Positions 39,015 to 48,643 of a stretch of DNA of 64,000 bases are shown one piece after another. A program made the position numbers and the translations under genes. The stretch's first letter is position 1. The number at the start of each line of letters is the position of its first letter. Source of the stretch: Escherichia phage PHB12; the sequence record MK524178.1; one strand, written 5' to 3'. The notes below the pieces were generated by a model. That model saw nothing but the letters and a program-made list of their open reading frames with translations, was not told the DNA's origin and made no database searches.

Positions 39015-40328
39015 TCAAATAAAATGGACGTCAAAACGACCACGAGTTGTACCGACATACAATAACTGTTTAGCTAATTCTGAATCGGCATAATGGATAC
39101 ACGGTGTATAAACAAAGGCCGTGTCAACAGACATACCCTGGGCCTTATGGAAGGTTGATACTGGTAGTGCCTTCACCTTAGTGAACATACGTTTAGCATC
39201 CCAGAATTCGCTCCATGGAGCTTTACCACCTTTATTCCAAAATTTGTATGTTTCTGCGGTCTTAGCCAAAAACAAATTGAATTTATAAAGCTCTTCTTCA
39301 GAAGAAATAACCTTTATATCTTCGCGGATGTATTCTTCATCATCCCCATATGTTTCTACTGTAAGATTCCAGTATCGTATCATATATTCGCCTGAAACAC
39401 CACGTGCTTTAACGAATGTAGACGTTTCTACAGCATCTCGAATACGAACGAATTGGCCGTTATTGAAAAGCATTTCGGTCATATTTTTACCATCTAGCTT
39501 ATATGTCTTAGTAAATGGCTCTTGTAGAACAATGACTTCGTCTTTAATAAATGGTTTTTCTGTTTCAAGAAGTTTTCGTCGAATAATTGAATTTAACTTG
39601 TCCACTGACTTATTTGTGAATGCCATCATTCGATTTTCGAAAAGGTCTTCAGGAGTTTTAACGACGTTAAAATAGTTCATCATATACGATTTAAGGTCTG
39701 TATATCCGTGAACACCGTGCCCATCAACTACTTTATCGTAAATCCATTTGCCATTACGAATATCAGTCGCAACATCAATAATTGGTGCATTGCTACGTTT
39801 AACTTCTGTAAGGTTGCATTGCACGAAGTCTTTGTGAGTGAAGAAAGGACTTAGATACGCAGTTGATTCGCCTGGGTCTACCGGACGAATCTGGCATCGG
39901 TCACCGATTCCAATTACTGTACACCATTTAGGGATACTAGCTAACATTATTTTAAACAGAGAACGGTCGCACATTGACGCTTCATCAAATAACAGTACAC
40001 GGCACAAGGCTAAGTCGGGGACCTTTTTCTGTTCAAACAATACGTTTTCTTCGTATGTAGTTGGGTTGATTTTAAGAATGCTATGAATAGTCGATGCTTC
40101 TTGACCAGCAAGTTTGCTTAGAACCTTTTTAGCAGCATGTGTAGGGGCTGCTAAAATAATACCTGATTCTCCAGAAGAAATAAGGGCTTCAACGATGAAT
40201 CTAGTAAGGGTTGTTTTACCTGTACCAGCAGGCCCATTAATAGTTACGTGATGTTTCTTTTCTTTAATAGCGTTCATAACAACGTTGAAGGCGTTTTTCT
40301 GGCCTTCAGTCAAATCATCAAATGTCAT
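39015..40328 (-). CDS. dda: Dda DNA helicase (SF1B)
   Basis: 437 aa; Walker A GPAGTGKTT; T4 Dda-like length and start MTFDDLTEGQKNAFNVV. Confidence 0.95.
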   Translation of the reverse strand: MTFDDLTEGQKNAFNVVMNAIKEKKHHVTINGPAGTGKTTLTRFIVEALISSGESGIILAAPTHAAKKVLSKLAGQEASTIHSILKINPTTYEENVLFEQKKVPDLALCRVLLFDEASMCDRSLFKIMLASIPKWCTVIGIGDRCQIRPVDPGESTAYLSPFFTHKDFVQCNLTEVKRSNAPIIDVATDIRNGKWIYDKVVDGHGVHGYTDLKSYMMNYFNVVKTPEDLFENRMMAFTNKSVDKLNSIIRRKLLETEKPFIKDEVIVLQEPFTKTYKLDGKNMTEMLFNNGQFVRIRDAVETSTFVKARGVSGEYMIRYWNLTVETYGDDEEYIREDIKVISSEEELYKFNLFLAKTAETYKFWNKGGKAPWSEFWDAKRMFTKVKALPVSTFHKAQGMSVDTAFVYTPCIHYADSELAKQLLYVGTTRGRFDVHFI

Positions 40329-40636
40329 CGTAAAGTCCCTGCAATTGGAATACTAACAATACGGCCTGTATCCAGGATTCGTTGATACAATTTTTGCGTC
40401 TCCGCATCTAGTTTAATGTGTTTCATTTCAAGCTTATTAAACCAGAACTTACGCGGAGTTTCGACCATTCTTAGAACTCCCATTTTTAAATCTGTTTTAT
40501 ATTGGGTTTTCAAAGTATCGAAAACTTTATCTGCAATATCCTTTCTAAAAAATACTGCAGGACGATGCTCATCAAGTGGAACCGGGACAGTAAATCCTTC
40601 CATATCTCGATAAACTATTGCATATACATAAACCAT
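40325..40636 (-). CDS. Hypothetical protein (dda.1 position)
   Basis: 103 aa, ATGA-type overlap with dda. Confidence 0.45.
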   Translation of the reverse strand: MVYVYAIVYRDMEGFTVPVPLDEHRPAVFFRKDIADKVFDTLKTQYKTDLKMGVLRMVETPRKFWFNKLEMKHIKLDAETQKLYQRILDTGRIVSIPIAGTLR

Positions 40637-40638
40637 AA

Positions 40639-41385
40639 TTAACCTTTAATCAGTTGGAATAATGATGCGCTAAGTGGTAAGCCACGTTTCAATTTTAATT
40701 TACCAATGAAACCGATCTTTTCAAAACGTTGCAGACCTTGGATAACTTTATCATATGTATCGAAAAGCGATTCAGCGTCAGTTAATTTAGTTTTAGTTTT
40801 CCAGTCAGAGCCTTTAAGAAGAACGTTGAGTTTAGTAAGTTCATGGCCTTCTGCTTGATGTGAGCCATTAATGCGTGCTTTCAAAGCAACAATTCTAAGT
40901 TTAGATTCGTTAGATAAAGGTTGATTTTTCATCATGTTCGCCATATGCTTAACACGATTTTCACGTTTTGCTCGGATTTTTAAAATAGTACCATAAACCT
41001 TTTTAATTTGGGCCCATTTCTTCTCGTCGAGATTAAGTTTCTCTACTTTACGGACAGAAGGATTAGCGATACGTCTTGCAATGGCATCACGTTTTTCAAT
41101 AAGTTCTTCTAATGTTAAATCAGAACGAGCCGTGTTATATTTTTTCTTAACTGGGATAACATTACCTTTAATGTAGCCTATATCATTATTAAAACGTTCT
41201 AAGGATAATTTCTCACCTTCAACAGAGTTATTGAAAGATTCACCTGAGTAAGCGCAGACCTTTTGATCAAGAATGTTTTTAAGGTAATTAAAGTCTAAGT
41301 TAAAATCCTTAGAGCGTCTCTTCGCAGAAGCTCTGGTGTGGTCAAGACGACGATTAATTTTGTTAATTTTATTATTTGATAACAT
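40639..41385 (-). CDS. Hypothetical basic protein (T4 srd position)
   Basis: 248 aa Lys/Arg-rich; size and position fit T4 Srd but sequence not verified. Confidence 0.45.
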   Translation of the reverse strand: MLSNNKINKINRRLDHTRASAKRRSKDFNLDFNYLKNILDQKVCAYSGESFNNSVEGEKLSLERFNNDIGYIKGNVIPVKKKYNTARSDLTLEELIEKRDAIARRIANPSVRKVEKLNLDEKKWAQIKKVYGTILKIRAKRENRVKHMANMMKNQPLSNESKLRIVALKARINGSHQAEGHELTKLNVLLKGSDWKTKTKLTDAESLFDTYDKVIQGLQRFEKIGFIGKLKLKRGLPLSASLFQLIKG

Positions 41386-41538
41386 AATATTTTCCTCTGT
41401 CTTACGGACGTTAGGTCATTTAGCTGATAGGTCTTATAATATCATGCCCTCAGGTAGTGTACACTCTTTTTTCGTAAAATGCTTTAATTTTTTATGTGTT
41501 ATAATGGTTCTGAGTTCCATCCGGTTATTCCAATCTAG

Positions 41539-42147
41539 TCAGTAACCGACAATAGACAGATTCCAGATTGTATAACTTCCATCTTGAATAATAGAATCTA
41601 CACGCAGTGTAGTCCCTATAGGGAGCATAAATTCACATTCGTCAGATATAAGTCTAGCATTAGACCGTCTTGTCGCTTCAGGGAAAGCTCCATTGAACTC
41701 ACAAGATGGCGCAGCCAGAATCATATTAAGCATATGTTCACGGAAGTTGAAAGCAAATGGTGCATCTTTGACGCAGAACATATTAAATGTTCCATAAAAA
41801 TTATATGAAGCGAAGTTACGTGCTACACCGAACACTGGACTAAAGCTCATTACTCTGTCAAATTTAATAATACTACCAACGCCTTTATCGTCGAGTGTGG
41901 ACATAGTTTTCTTAGAGATTCCACGATACATTGTCTCAGGAACAGAAGACGACCAATTTCTACGAACAATTGCACTTAAATCTTGTTGGATGCTGTCTGG
42001 CTTGTTTTCCATACATTGCCACAGTACACTTTGTTCAATGTCACTGAATTGCTCATCGATTTTGTACTGAAGTTCATCCTGATAGTCTGGGCATTGAGCA
42101 CGTCGAACCATTTCTTCAATTTCACACTCGTTATACGGCATAAACAT
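41539..42147 (-). CDS. ModA/ModB-like mono-ADP-ribosyltransferase
   Basis: 202 aa; R-S-ExE arrangement: YRG, SFS, DECEF; SD AGGAGAA upstream; T4 modA/modB position. Only one copy seen. Confidence 0.65.
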   Translation of the reverse strand: MFMPYNECEIEEMVRRAQCPDYQDELQYKIDEQFSDIEQSVLWQCMENKPDSIQQDLSAIVRRNWSSSVPETMYRGISKKTMSTLDDKGVGSIIKFDRVMSFSPVFGVARNFASYNFYGTFNMFCVKDAPFAFNFREHMLNMILAAPSCEFNGAFPEATRRSNARLISDECEFMLPIGTTLRVDSIIQDGSYTIWNLSIVGY

Positions 42148-42494
42148 TTAGGTTTCTCCTGTGGTTGATAAAAGTATAGTATCATCGTCGGTAGAGTTTG
42201 TACACTAAAAATTCAACATTTTCAAATGAATGTTTTTGTTAGGTATTCGCGTTCTTGAAGTTCAGATTGACATGTCATGATAGACCTCCATTTAAAGATA
42301 AGCCTATCATAACACGAGAGGAGGGAATGTAAACTACTTTTTAAGCTTTCCTACTAAAGGTCCATCAGGACCAGGTTGTTCTAACATGAATAAGGATGCT
42401 TTAAAAAGCAATGTCAACCCTTTCACCATTCGATACCATGTCTCAAAGTCTTTTTCCTTGATTTCTAGTAAGAATTTCTCTTTAAATTTCTCTT

Positions 42495-42683
42495 TCATTT
42501 CCAAGGACTCCATGGTGGAGGGTCGTCATAATAAGAGGCAAGGTCTTTCAAGGCTTCAACAGGTAAACTAAAGCCATGTCGTTGTATAATACTATCTAGT
42601 TCATCAACAAGTTCACTACGATGCACTTTAGGAGCCTCAACTTCAGGCTCATCAAACATACTCATCAAGTCCATATTATTCAC
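42495..42683 (-). CDS. Hypothetical acidic protein
   Basis: 62 aa ORF. Confidence 0.35.
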   Translation of the reverse strand: MNNMDLMSMFDEPEVEAPKVHRSELVDELDSIIQRHGFSLPVEALKDLASYYDDPPPWSPWK

Positions 42684-43140
42684 CGAGATAAAAACTAGCA
42701 GGTTCAGAGAATGTTTCTAGTGCTACACCTTTTGTCTTAAAAAATTTCCAAATAGCTCGTTGCAAATGGATTAAATCTGCTAATGATGTAATAAAGTATT
42801 TTTTGGCAAAATACTTATGGTCTCGCTTTTCAAACAAGTCTAAACGCTTTTCAGGATTCACATAAACGGCATTTTCCGTAGATTCATAACCTAAGTCCTT
42901 TATGCCTTCTTCAAGACTAAATGGAGAATTTTTAGAACGAGTAATAGCTCCAACTCGCTCTACACGAATTTTGTAACCTTTAGGAATCTGCAATTTGCAG
43001 AATTCTTCTACGATATATTGCGGATTATTTAGACTTTTGTTAATGAGAATAGCTATTTCTAGTGGAGTCTTATCTTCTACTGGTATATGTTTAAATGACT
43101 TGGCTTCAAGCAAATACATTTTAAATAACATAGCATCCAT
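42676..43140 (-). CDS. Hypothetical protein
   Basis: 154 aa ORF. Confidence 0.45.
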   Translation of the reverse strand: MDAMLFKMYLLEAKSFKHIPVEDKTPLEIAILINKSLNNPQYIVEEFCKLQIPKGYKIRVERVGAITRSKNSPFSLEEGIKDLGYESTENAVYVNPEKRLDLFEKRDHKYFAKKYFITSLADLIHLQRAIWKFFKTKGVALETFSEPASFYLGE

Positions 43141-43319
43141 TATAATTTCCTCGATGGTTCACCCATATAAAGTTTTACAATACGTTCGCCTTCATCTTCG
43201 ACGAGCTTCTCTTCATGTTTCTGGAGTTCTTTGACCATTTTCTCTTCAAAAACATCTAACCAATCTTCTGGTCCGACTCCATCATTCCAGCTTTTAAACC
43301 ATTTTACTATTCTGTTCAT
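43140..43319 (-). CDS. Hypothetical small protein (59 aa)
   Basis: Manual translation MNRIVKWFKSWNDGVGPEDW...; ATGA and TAATG coupled to both neighbours. Confidence 0.3.
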   Translation of the reverse strand: MNRIVKWFKSWNDGVGPEDWLDVFEEKMVKELQKHEEKLVEDEGERIVKLYMGEPSRKL

Positions 43320-43516
43320 TCACAGCTCCCTGAGCTTGAACCACAATCAGAATAACTTGACCCAGAATCACCAGGCCAAGACGATACGTATGAATGATTA
43401 TAACTTGAAGAGCTTGAAACATTAACCTGTTTTGTTTTTGGACGAACAACTTCTTCCATCATTCCATCACCGATATATTCCCAACTTTTTTCATGTGTAT
43501 CAGGAATAGGCATCAT
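43316..43516 (-). CDS. Hypothetical protein with Ser-rich C-terminal tail
   Basis: Start uncertain (MMPIPDTHEK... preceded by GAAGGT); tail SSSSSYNHSYVSSWPGDSGSSYSDCGSSSGSCE. Confidence 0.3.
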   Translation of the reverse strand: MMPIPDTHEKSWEYIGDGMMEEVVRPKTKQVNVSSSSSYNHSYVSSWPGDSGSSYSDCGSSSGSCE

Positions 43517-43529
43517 ACCTTCGCCTGGA

Positions 43530-43757
43530 TTAACAGCAAACAACTTCTTCAGTATCGTAAGCATTAATTGTTCCTCGAACAAAACGAACACCACCGTCAT
43601 CCCAGCGGATTTCGGCATTAAATTTGACGTCTTCACCGTCCATCATGAATGAGTGTACGACTACATCATCATAATATCCAAGACCGTATTTCAACGAAAC
43701 TTCTTGAGCAATTAAAGCACCTAATGTGTTATTAGGTTTAATCCAACGATTTAACAT
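43530..43757 (-). CDS. Hypothetical protein
   Basis: 75 aa from ATG 43757 preceded by SD AGAGGAGAA. Confidence 0.4.
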   Translation of the reverse strand: MLNRWIKPNNTLGALIAQEVSLKYGLGYYDDVVVHSFMMDGEDVKFNAEIRWDDGGVRFVRGTINAYDTEEVVCC

Positions 43758-43831
43758 ATTGTTCTCCTCTTGAGTAAGTAAGAATATCTTAACACAGTTT
43801 TTAGTGGTTGTAAACTGTAGAAACAAAAAAA

Positions 43832-43853
43832 AAGGAATCCCGAAGGATTCCTT
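43832..43853 (-). terminator. Strong UUCG-tetraloop terminator after soc (AAGGAAUCC-UUCG-GGAUUCCUU then U9)
   Basis: 9-bp stem, UUCG loop, long U-run on minus strand right after soc stop. Confidence 0.7.
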
Positions 43854-43860
43854 AAATTAT

Positions 43861-44097
43861 TTAACCACTTACTGGTGTAGGGGTAAACATTGCAGCATTC
43901 TTAGTTTTCCAAGTTGCTGCATCAGAAACTACAGTAGAATATGCTGCCTTTTCTGATGGAAAGATTTGGTAATGAGAATCTGCAATCCGATGTTCGTTTG
44001 AATAAATCTCAAACGGTACAGAAACTTCCATACCTTTAACTTCTTTACCTTCACCGGCAGGATGCGTAAAGGTTTTGATGTTTACATAACCACCCAT
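43861..44097 (-). CDS. soc: Small outer capsid protein
   Basis: 78 aa; GYVNIKTF...SHYQIFPSEKAAYSTV matches T4 Soc; late promoter upstream. Confidence 0.9.
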   Translation of the reverse strand: MGGYVNIKTFTHPAGEGKEVKGMEVSVPFEIYSNEHRIADSHYQIFPSEKAAYSTVVSDAATWKTKNAAMFTPTPVSG

Positions 44098-44128
44098 AAT
44101 TAACTCCTTTGTTGTTTAATTACAGGTG

Positions 44129-44136
44129 TATTTATA
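44129..44136 (-). promoter_or_regulatory. T4-type late promoter (TATAAATA) for soc
   Basis: Minus-strand TATAAATA about 32 nt upstream of soc ATG. Confidence 0.65.
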
Positions 44137-44142
44137 ACTTAA

Positions 44143-44664
44143 TCAGTAACCATTATCCTGGCGTTCAAAGTTGTGTTGGTTTTTCAAGTAGTAAAGTTTA
44201 AAGATTTCTTCAGCGGAAAGACCCAGACCTTGGAACATATTCAGAACGAAATGCAGAATATCAATCATCTCGAATTTAATTTCAAGCTGGTCTTCAGGAG
44301 ACAGTTCATCGATACGACGATTTCGATATTCAGCATGTTGAGCTTTCCAAGGCTTCCATACAGAGCTAGCGGCTTTTTCACCATTGCTCATACCACCAAG
44401 TGAAGTCAGCAGTTCACGGAATTCATCATCAATATAATCTTTTTGATTACGCAGCCAATCAACAACATCGCCAGCAGTGGCCAATTCATCAGGATGTTTG
44501 TTATGTTCAGGCTTGTCATTTGCCAGACGAACCTGTAAAGATTTCTGCATATCAAGCATTACCTGCAGAGGGTCTTTATCTTCGTGAATCAGAGCATTAA
44601 AATAAGCTTCTTCTGCTTTATCAACACCAGAAATAAGTTGTGAACATTCGTTAAAGTGTGCCAT
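44143..44664 (-). CDS. 56: dCTP pyrophosphatase gp56 (MazG-like)
   Basis: Start at ATG 44664 (MAHFNECSQLISG...) with SD AAAGGAAAA; T4 gp56-like; function matches hmC DNA metabolism. Confidence 0.9.
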   Translation of the reverse strand: MAHFNECSQLISGVDKAEEAYFNALIHEDKDPLQVMLDMQKSLQVRLANDKPEHNKHPDELATAGDVVDWLRNQKDYIDDEFRELLTSLGGMSNGEKAASSVWKPWKAQHAEYRNRRIDELSPEDQLEIKFEMIDILHFVLNMFQGLGLSAEEIFKLYYLKNQHNFERQDNGY

Positions 44665-44754
44665 TATTTTTCCTTTCAATTCAGTATAAGAGAAGTTAAT
44701 TCTAACATTAATTTTATAAAGCGTAATAAATAATAAGGTAACTAAGGAGATATT

Positions 44755-44952
44755 ATGTTTAAACTTCCATCGTTAATCAACGCTATTAAAGGCAATAAAA
44801 AGAAAACTGCTATCGCTGCAATAGTTGTAGGTGGCATTATTTCATGGAACTTCGGGATTGCACCATTGTTAGTTGCTAATGGTATTATAGTTCCTTCTGT
44901 TCCATTGGATACTGTAGTTGATTTGGCCTTTGCTATTATAGGGCTTGTTTAA
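44755..44952 (+). CDS. Putative small membrane protein (65 aa) on the opposite strand
   Basis: Strong SD AAGGAG 7 nt before ATG; hydrophobic AIAAIVVGGIISWNFGIAPLLVANGIIVPSV...LAFAIIGLV; overlaps 3' end of gene 61 by 4 nt. Confidence 0.45.
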   Translation: MFKLPSLINAIKGNKKKTAIAAIVVGGIISWNFGIAPLLVANGIIVPSVPLDTVVDLAFAIIGLV

Positions 44953-45971
44953 ATCTTAGAATAACGAGATAATCTCATTTTAGCATGCAACCCACTTGAA
45001 ATATTCTGTTTCATATATTCTAAAATTTCTTGTGGTGTTGCATTTTCTTTCATTACCATATCATTCACATCCTTTGATCTCCATGGAGCTCGGTCCCAGA
45101 ACATAACACGTTCGCCTGCATCAACTAATCGCTTCATGCGAGCTATAGTATCCGGATGCCTAGGTTCATTATCCATTACCCATACCCGACGTTCTTTAAA
45201 TGGTGCCACATCTAAATCTATTGAGCCGCCTGTAATAGCGATTGCATTGGGTATGAATAAACTATCAATAGGGCCTTCCATTACCCAGACGTCTCCTTCC
45301 TTAACACGTTCAACACCATAAATTTTTGTTGCAGACTCAAACGCTTTAATAGTGATATATTTCTGAGGAGCATCTTTACGAAGTGCACGTCCTTGGAATG
45401 ACTCGGCCTTCCCGTCTTTATTAAAAATAGGAATCACTAAACGTGGTTCGGGAATCTCTTTCTTATACGTACCAGGTTGAATCTTGTTGACCAATTTAGG
45501 CCATTCTAATGTGAACCATAATCTGTTCCATGATTCTTTAGGAATGCATCGAGACTTAACATATTTCACAATAGGATGCTCTTCAGGCAGCTTGTCCAGA
45601 CGAGAACAAGACGGCAAAGAATTTATAGTCTTTTTCTCTGGCTCCGGCTTAGCTTCAGGAACCTTTTCAATCTTTGGTTCCATTCTAGCTTTTTCTTTAC
45701 GAACTTCCATTAGATACTCGCGATAAAGCTCTTCATCATACTCTTTTAAGTATCCGGAAATTGTATTGTGGTATTGACAATTATAGCAATGTACATTACC
45801 AGGAGTACCACCATAATACCATCCGCGGGCTTTCATTGCATCTGTCTGAGAGTCACCACAAACTGGACATCGAAATGTTAATTTAAACGTGCTTGAATTA
45901 TTGATTTGTCTAAAACGAGGTAGGTGAGAAAACGCACGATAAGCAAATTCATTATCTATCCATTCAGCCAT
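44949..45971 (-). CDS. 61: DNA primase gp61
   Basis: 340 aa; N-terminal zinc ribbon CPVCGDS...CYNCQYH and Toprim region; T4 gp61-like. Confidence 0.95.
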   Translation of the reverse strand: MAEWIDNEFAYRAFSHLPRFRQINNSSTFKLTFRCPVCGDSQTDAMKARGWYYGGTPGNVHCYNCQYHNTISGYLKEYDEELYREYLMEVRKEKARMEPKIEKVPEAKPEPEKKTINSLPSCSRLDKLPEEHPIVKYVKSRCIPKESWNRLWFTLEWPKLVNKIQPGTYKKEIPEPRLVIPIFNKDGKAESFQGRALRKDAPQKYITIKAFESATKIYGVERVKEGDVWVMEGPIDSLFIPNAIAITGGSIDLDVAPFKERRVWVMDNEPRHPDTIARMKRLVDAGERVMFWDRAPWRSKDVNDMVMKENATPQEILEYMKQNISSGLHAKMRLSRYSKI

Positions 45972-46010
45972 AGTATTCTCCAGAGGCCTTAAATTAATAA
46001 GGCCATCATA

Positions 46011-46478
46011 TCACAACTTATTAATATTTACTTTAATTCGCTTTCTTTTCTTGGAAGGAATTTGTTCTGGACCTTTATTTACGACTGCACCTGTAGTTGT
46101 TCCTGATGCAATAGCTTGAGGACTACCGCCTGAATCACCAGCAACCATATCCTCAAATAAAGGGAGTTCTTTAAATATTTCTTTCTGTTGTTCTTCCGTA
46201 ATGTTATAGCGTGAAGCTACAGCACTCCAGGCAGACATCATTGAGGCCATTCCATTAAGACCTGGAACAGTGCTCATCATTCGCTTCATTGAACGAACTG
46301 AAGCATGAAAAGGTGTATACGCCGCTTTCTCTTCGGGAGTAGAAGGACGTTTAAGAACACTTCCACGTTCATCGATGATTTTGGCTTCGTATGCTTTCCA
46401 TTCGGTAAAAGGTTTTTGCATTAGTCGAATAAACTTATATGCATAAACAGAATCTATTGCAGTGTTAATAATACCCAT
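46011..46478 (-). CDS. Hypothetical protein (61.1 position)
   Basis: Start at ATG 46478 (MGIINTAIDSV...) preceded by SD AGGAGGTA. Confidence 0.45.
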   Translation of the reverse strand: MGIINTAIDSVYAYKFIRLMQKPFTEWKAYEAKIIDERGSVLKRPSTPEEKAAYTPFHASVRSMKRMMSTVPGLNGMASMMSAWSAVASRYNITEEQQKEIFKELPLFEDMVAGDSGGSPQAIASGTTTGAVVNKGPEQIPSKKRKRIKVNINKL

Positions 46479-46497
46479 AGGTACCTCCTGAGTATAT

Positions 46498-46695
46498 TTA
46501 ATCAATTACAAAGATTGCTTTGTCACCATTTATATCTGTGACTTCATATGTAGTGCCTTCATACTGTGGAATATTCCAAATTACACCGTCATTGGCTTTT
46601 ACGCTAATATGGTATTGGTGTTTTGAAACAACTTCATAATCTTCAAAACTTGTAAAAACACTAATTTTGGAACCAGTGCAAATTGCAGTAGTCAT
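46498..46695 (-). CDS. Hypothetical protein
   Basis: 65 aa ORF. Confidence 0.4.
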   Translation of the reverse strand: MTTAICTGSKISVFTSFEDYEVVSKHQYHISVKANDGVIWNIPQYEGTTYEVTDINGDKAIFVID

Positions 46696-46696
46696 T

Positions 46697-47356
46697 TTAA
46701 CCTCGATTCATAAATGCATTAAATATTTGGTCATCAACAGAAATTTCTAATTCGACTTCAATTGTTTCAGCCTTTTCTTCAGGTGGTAATTCGTATCCAC
46801 ACACTACAATTTTTTCATCGATATCAAAATATACAGAAGCAATACGATTAATGTTATTTTCGGTTAAGTCTAAATCAACATCAACGTCTTTTTGACCTAC
46901 ACTTAAAGGATAACTAATACGGGTTATTTTATTATCTTTAACAAAGAGTCCACCGACATACTCTGTACTACGTTTGAAGTTTACACGTTTCCGAAATGAA
47001 AGATATGATGCATCTTTACCGTGAGCTCGGCTCATAGGACATAATGAATAGCTAGAATAAGAGATGTCAAATCCTACACCTTCAATATGAGCCAACGCGT
47101 CATGATTAAACCAATTATAATCATATGCCAAATCCATTATATTGTAATATGTGAAAGGCACCGGATTAACATCGTACGTTGTACCTTTAAAATCTGCCCA
47201 GGCAACGATTTCGTTATCTTTAACAATTACAAAAATTACACCAATATGGTATCCGTTATTATTTTCATTCGGCGTTATATTATAACATTGTGCATTAGGA
47301 AATTTACCATATTTAAACGGCGCATTTTTGTGCATATAATAAATCATATTATTCAC
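46697..47356 (-). CDS. Hypothetical protein (61.2 position)
   Basis: 219 aa ORF. Confidence 0.45.
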   Translation of the reverse strand: MNNMIYYMHKNAPFKYGKFPNAQCYNITPNENNNGYHIGVIFVIVKDNEIVAWADFKGTTYDVNPVPFTYYNIMDLAYDYNWFNHDALAHIEGVGFDISYSSYSLCPMSRAHGKDASYLSFRKRVNFKRSTEYVGGLFVKDNKITRISYPLSVGQKDVDVDLDLTENNINRIASVYFDIDEKIVVCGYELPPEEKAETIEVELEISVDDQIFNAFMNRG

Positions 47357-47642
47357 CTGTGATTTCGGTTACGATATCTTTGTTATCGAAATTAGGGTCA
47401 CAATACAAAACATAATTGTACTGCATGATACCACCAGACTTAAGTTGTTCAACAACTTTATTAACCATATTAGGACGGTCTCGTTTAGTGATGTTCATGA
47501 TATCAGAGAAGATTTGTTGTTCAACATCTTCTTGATTTGCAGTCATTGACCACTCACAGAGGTCTTTATCATAACCTGCCGTAACTGGAGCTGGTGCACA
47601 TGATACTGCAAGTAAGATTGCTGCCAATGATAACTTTTTCAT
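47349..47642 (-). CDS. sp: Spackle periplasmic protein (superinfection exclusion / lysozyme inhibitor)
   Basis: 97 aa; signal peptide then AGYDKDLCEWSMTANQEDVEQQIFSDIMNITKRDRP...LKSGGIMQYNYVLYCD, matching T4 Sp. Confidence 0.85.
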   Translation of the reverse strand: MKKLSLAAILLAVSCAPAPVTAGYDKDLCEWSMTANQEDVEQQIFSDIMNITKRDRPNMVNKVVEQLKSGGIMQYNYVLYCDPNFDNKDIVTEITGE

Positions 47643-47705
47643 TTTAACTCCTTAGTTGATTTGATAGGACTACTATACTATAGTCCATCTATAATGTAAA
47701 CAAGT

Positions 47706-47954
47706 TTATTCTTTTTCGCGAATAATAATTACTTGTTGAGGCTGCTGAGCAGATTTCTTTTCGGCAACGATAGACCAAATTAAAGTTCCAATCCAACCAA
47801 TCATCGTCCAGTTAAAGAGTAAAGATACAAAGAAGATTGCTGTTGTGCTTTTTGTGCCACGAATAAGTGCGATTACCCAAGGCAACATGTAAATGATGAT
47901 TGAACCAATACCTGCGATTAAAACTGCTACTGAACTAGCTACGAATAATTCCAT
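47706..47954 (-). CDS. Small inner-membrane protein (2 predicted TM helices)
   Basis: 82 aa; two long hydrophobic segments; T4 61.4 position. Confidence 0.5.
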   Translation of the reverse strand: MELFVASSVAVLIAGIGSIIIYMLPWVIALIRGTKSTTAIFFVSLLFNWTMIGWIGTLIWSIVAEKKSAQQPQQVIIIREKE

Positions 47955-48015
47955 GTTAATTTCCTCTTGATTTGTTATGTTTATAATATCTTGTTTTAAC
48001 TTTGGTGTAAACCAA

Positions 48016-48384
48016 TTAATTAAATTTGTTTAAACGTTCAATACACTGGACGTAGTTATTCGCAATTTGTTTCTGGGTAGGCTCTTTACCAGTTGTTTCA
48101 ACATGGCGAATGAATGCGATTTCAGTAGCCTGTAGACAATGTTCTTTAACGCGTTGTTCTTTTGACAATGCTACAGTATCAGAATCACGATAACGTTGAG
48201 CATGAGCATCAGCTTGAATCATTCGATTGCCTACAGTAACCGGGTCTTCCACTTCAACTTTAGGTTGGTCGTACTGTTTAACATTCGGATTGTAAATCAG
48301 TTGGCCAACGTTATTAGGGATAAAGCCATGGGCACCACATCCAGTTAATCCAAATATCATTGTTAAAGCGATTAATTTTTTCAT
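48016..48384 (-). CDS. Putative lipoprotein
   Basis: 122 aa; signal peptide with lipobox LTGC (MKKLIALTMIFGLTGCGAHG). Confidence 0.55.
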   Translation of the reverse strand: MKKLIALTMIFGLTGCGAHGFIPNNVGQLIYNPNVKQYDQPKVEVEDPVTVGNRMIQADAHAQRYRDSDTVALSKEQRVKEHCLQATEIAFIRHVETTGKEPTQKQIANNYVQCIERLNKFN

Positions 48385-48412
48385 TTTAATTTCCTCTGTA
48401 GTTGATAAAAAG

Positions 48413-48442
48413 ATAGTAACACAGTATGTGGTGCTTGTAAAC
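48413..48442 (-). promoter_or_regulatory. Early promoter
   Basis: Minus-strand GTTTAC, 18 bp, TACTAT upstream of lipoprotein gene. Confidence 0.55.
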
Positions 48443-48454
48443 AGTTATTTAAAA

Positions 48455-48643
48455 TTATCGAAAATCTGCTTCGAAAACTTTCTCGTCATTAACAAATGCT
48501 TTAACTAATGCGTTGTTCACTTCAGCAAGTTGTACCGCAACCCACTCGATTTCTTCGCGATCACCTGATAACATGATATCTTTAGTGAACATCTCACCGC
48601 TTTTAAACCAACCAATAAAAGTAACTTTAGTTAATTTGCTCAT
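48455..48643 (-). CDS. Small protein, possibly Dmd-like
   Basis: 62 aa from ATG 48643 (MSKLTKVTFIGWFKSGEMFTKDI...); ATGA coupled to upstream ORF; size and region fit T4 dmd, identity from memory only. Confidence 0.35.
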   Translation of the reverse strand: MSKLTKVTFIGWFKSGEMFTKDIMLSGDREEIEWVAVQLAEVNNALVKAFVNDEKVFEADFR

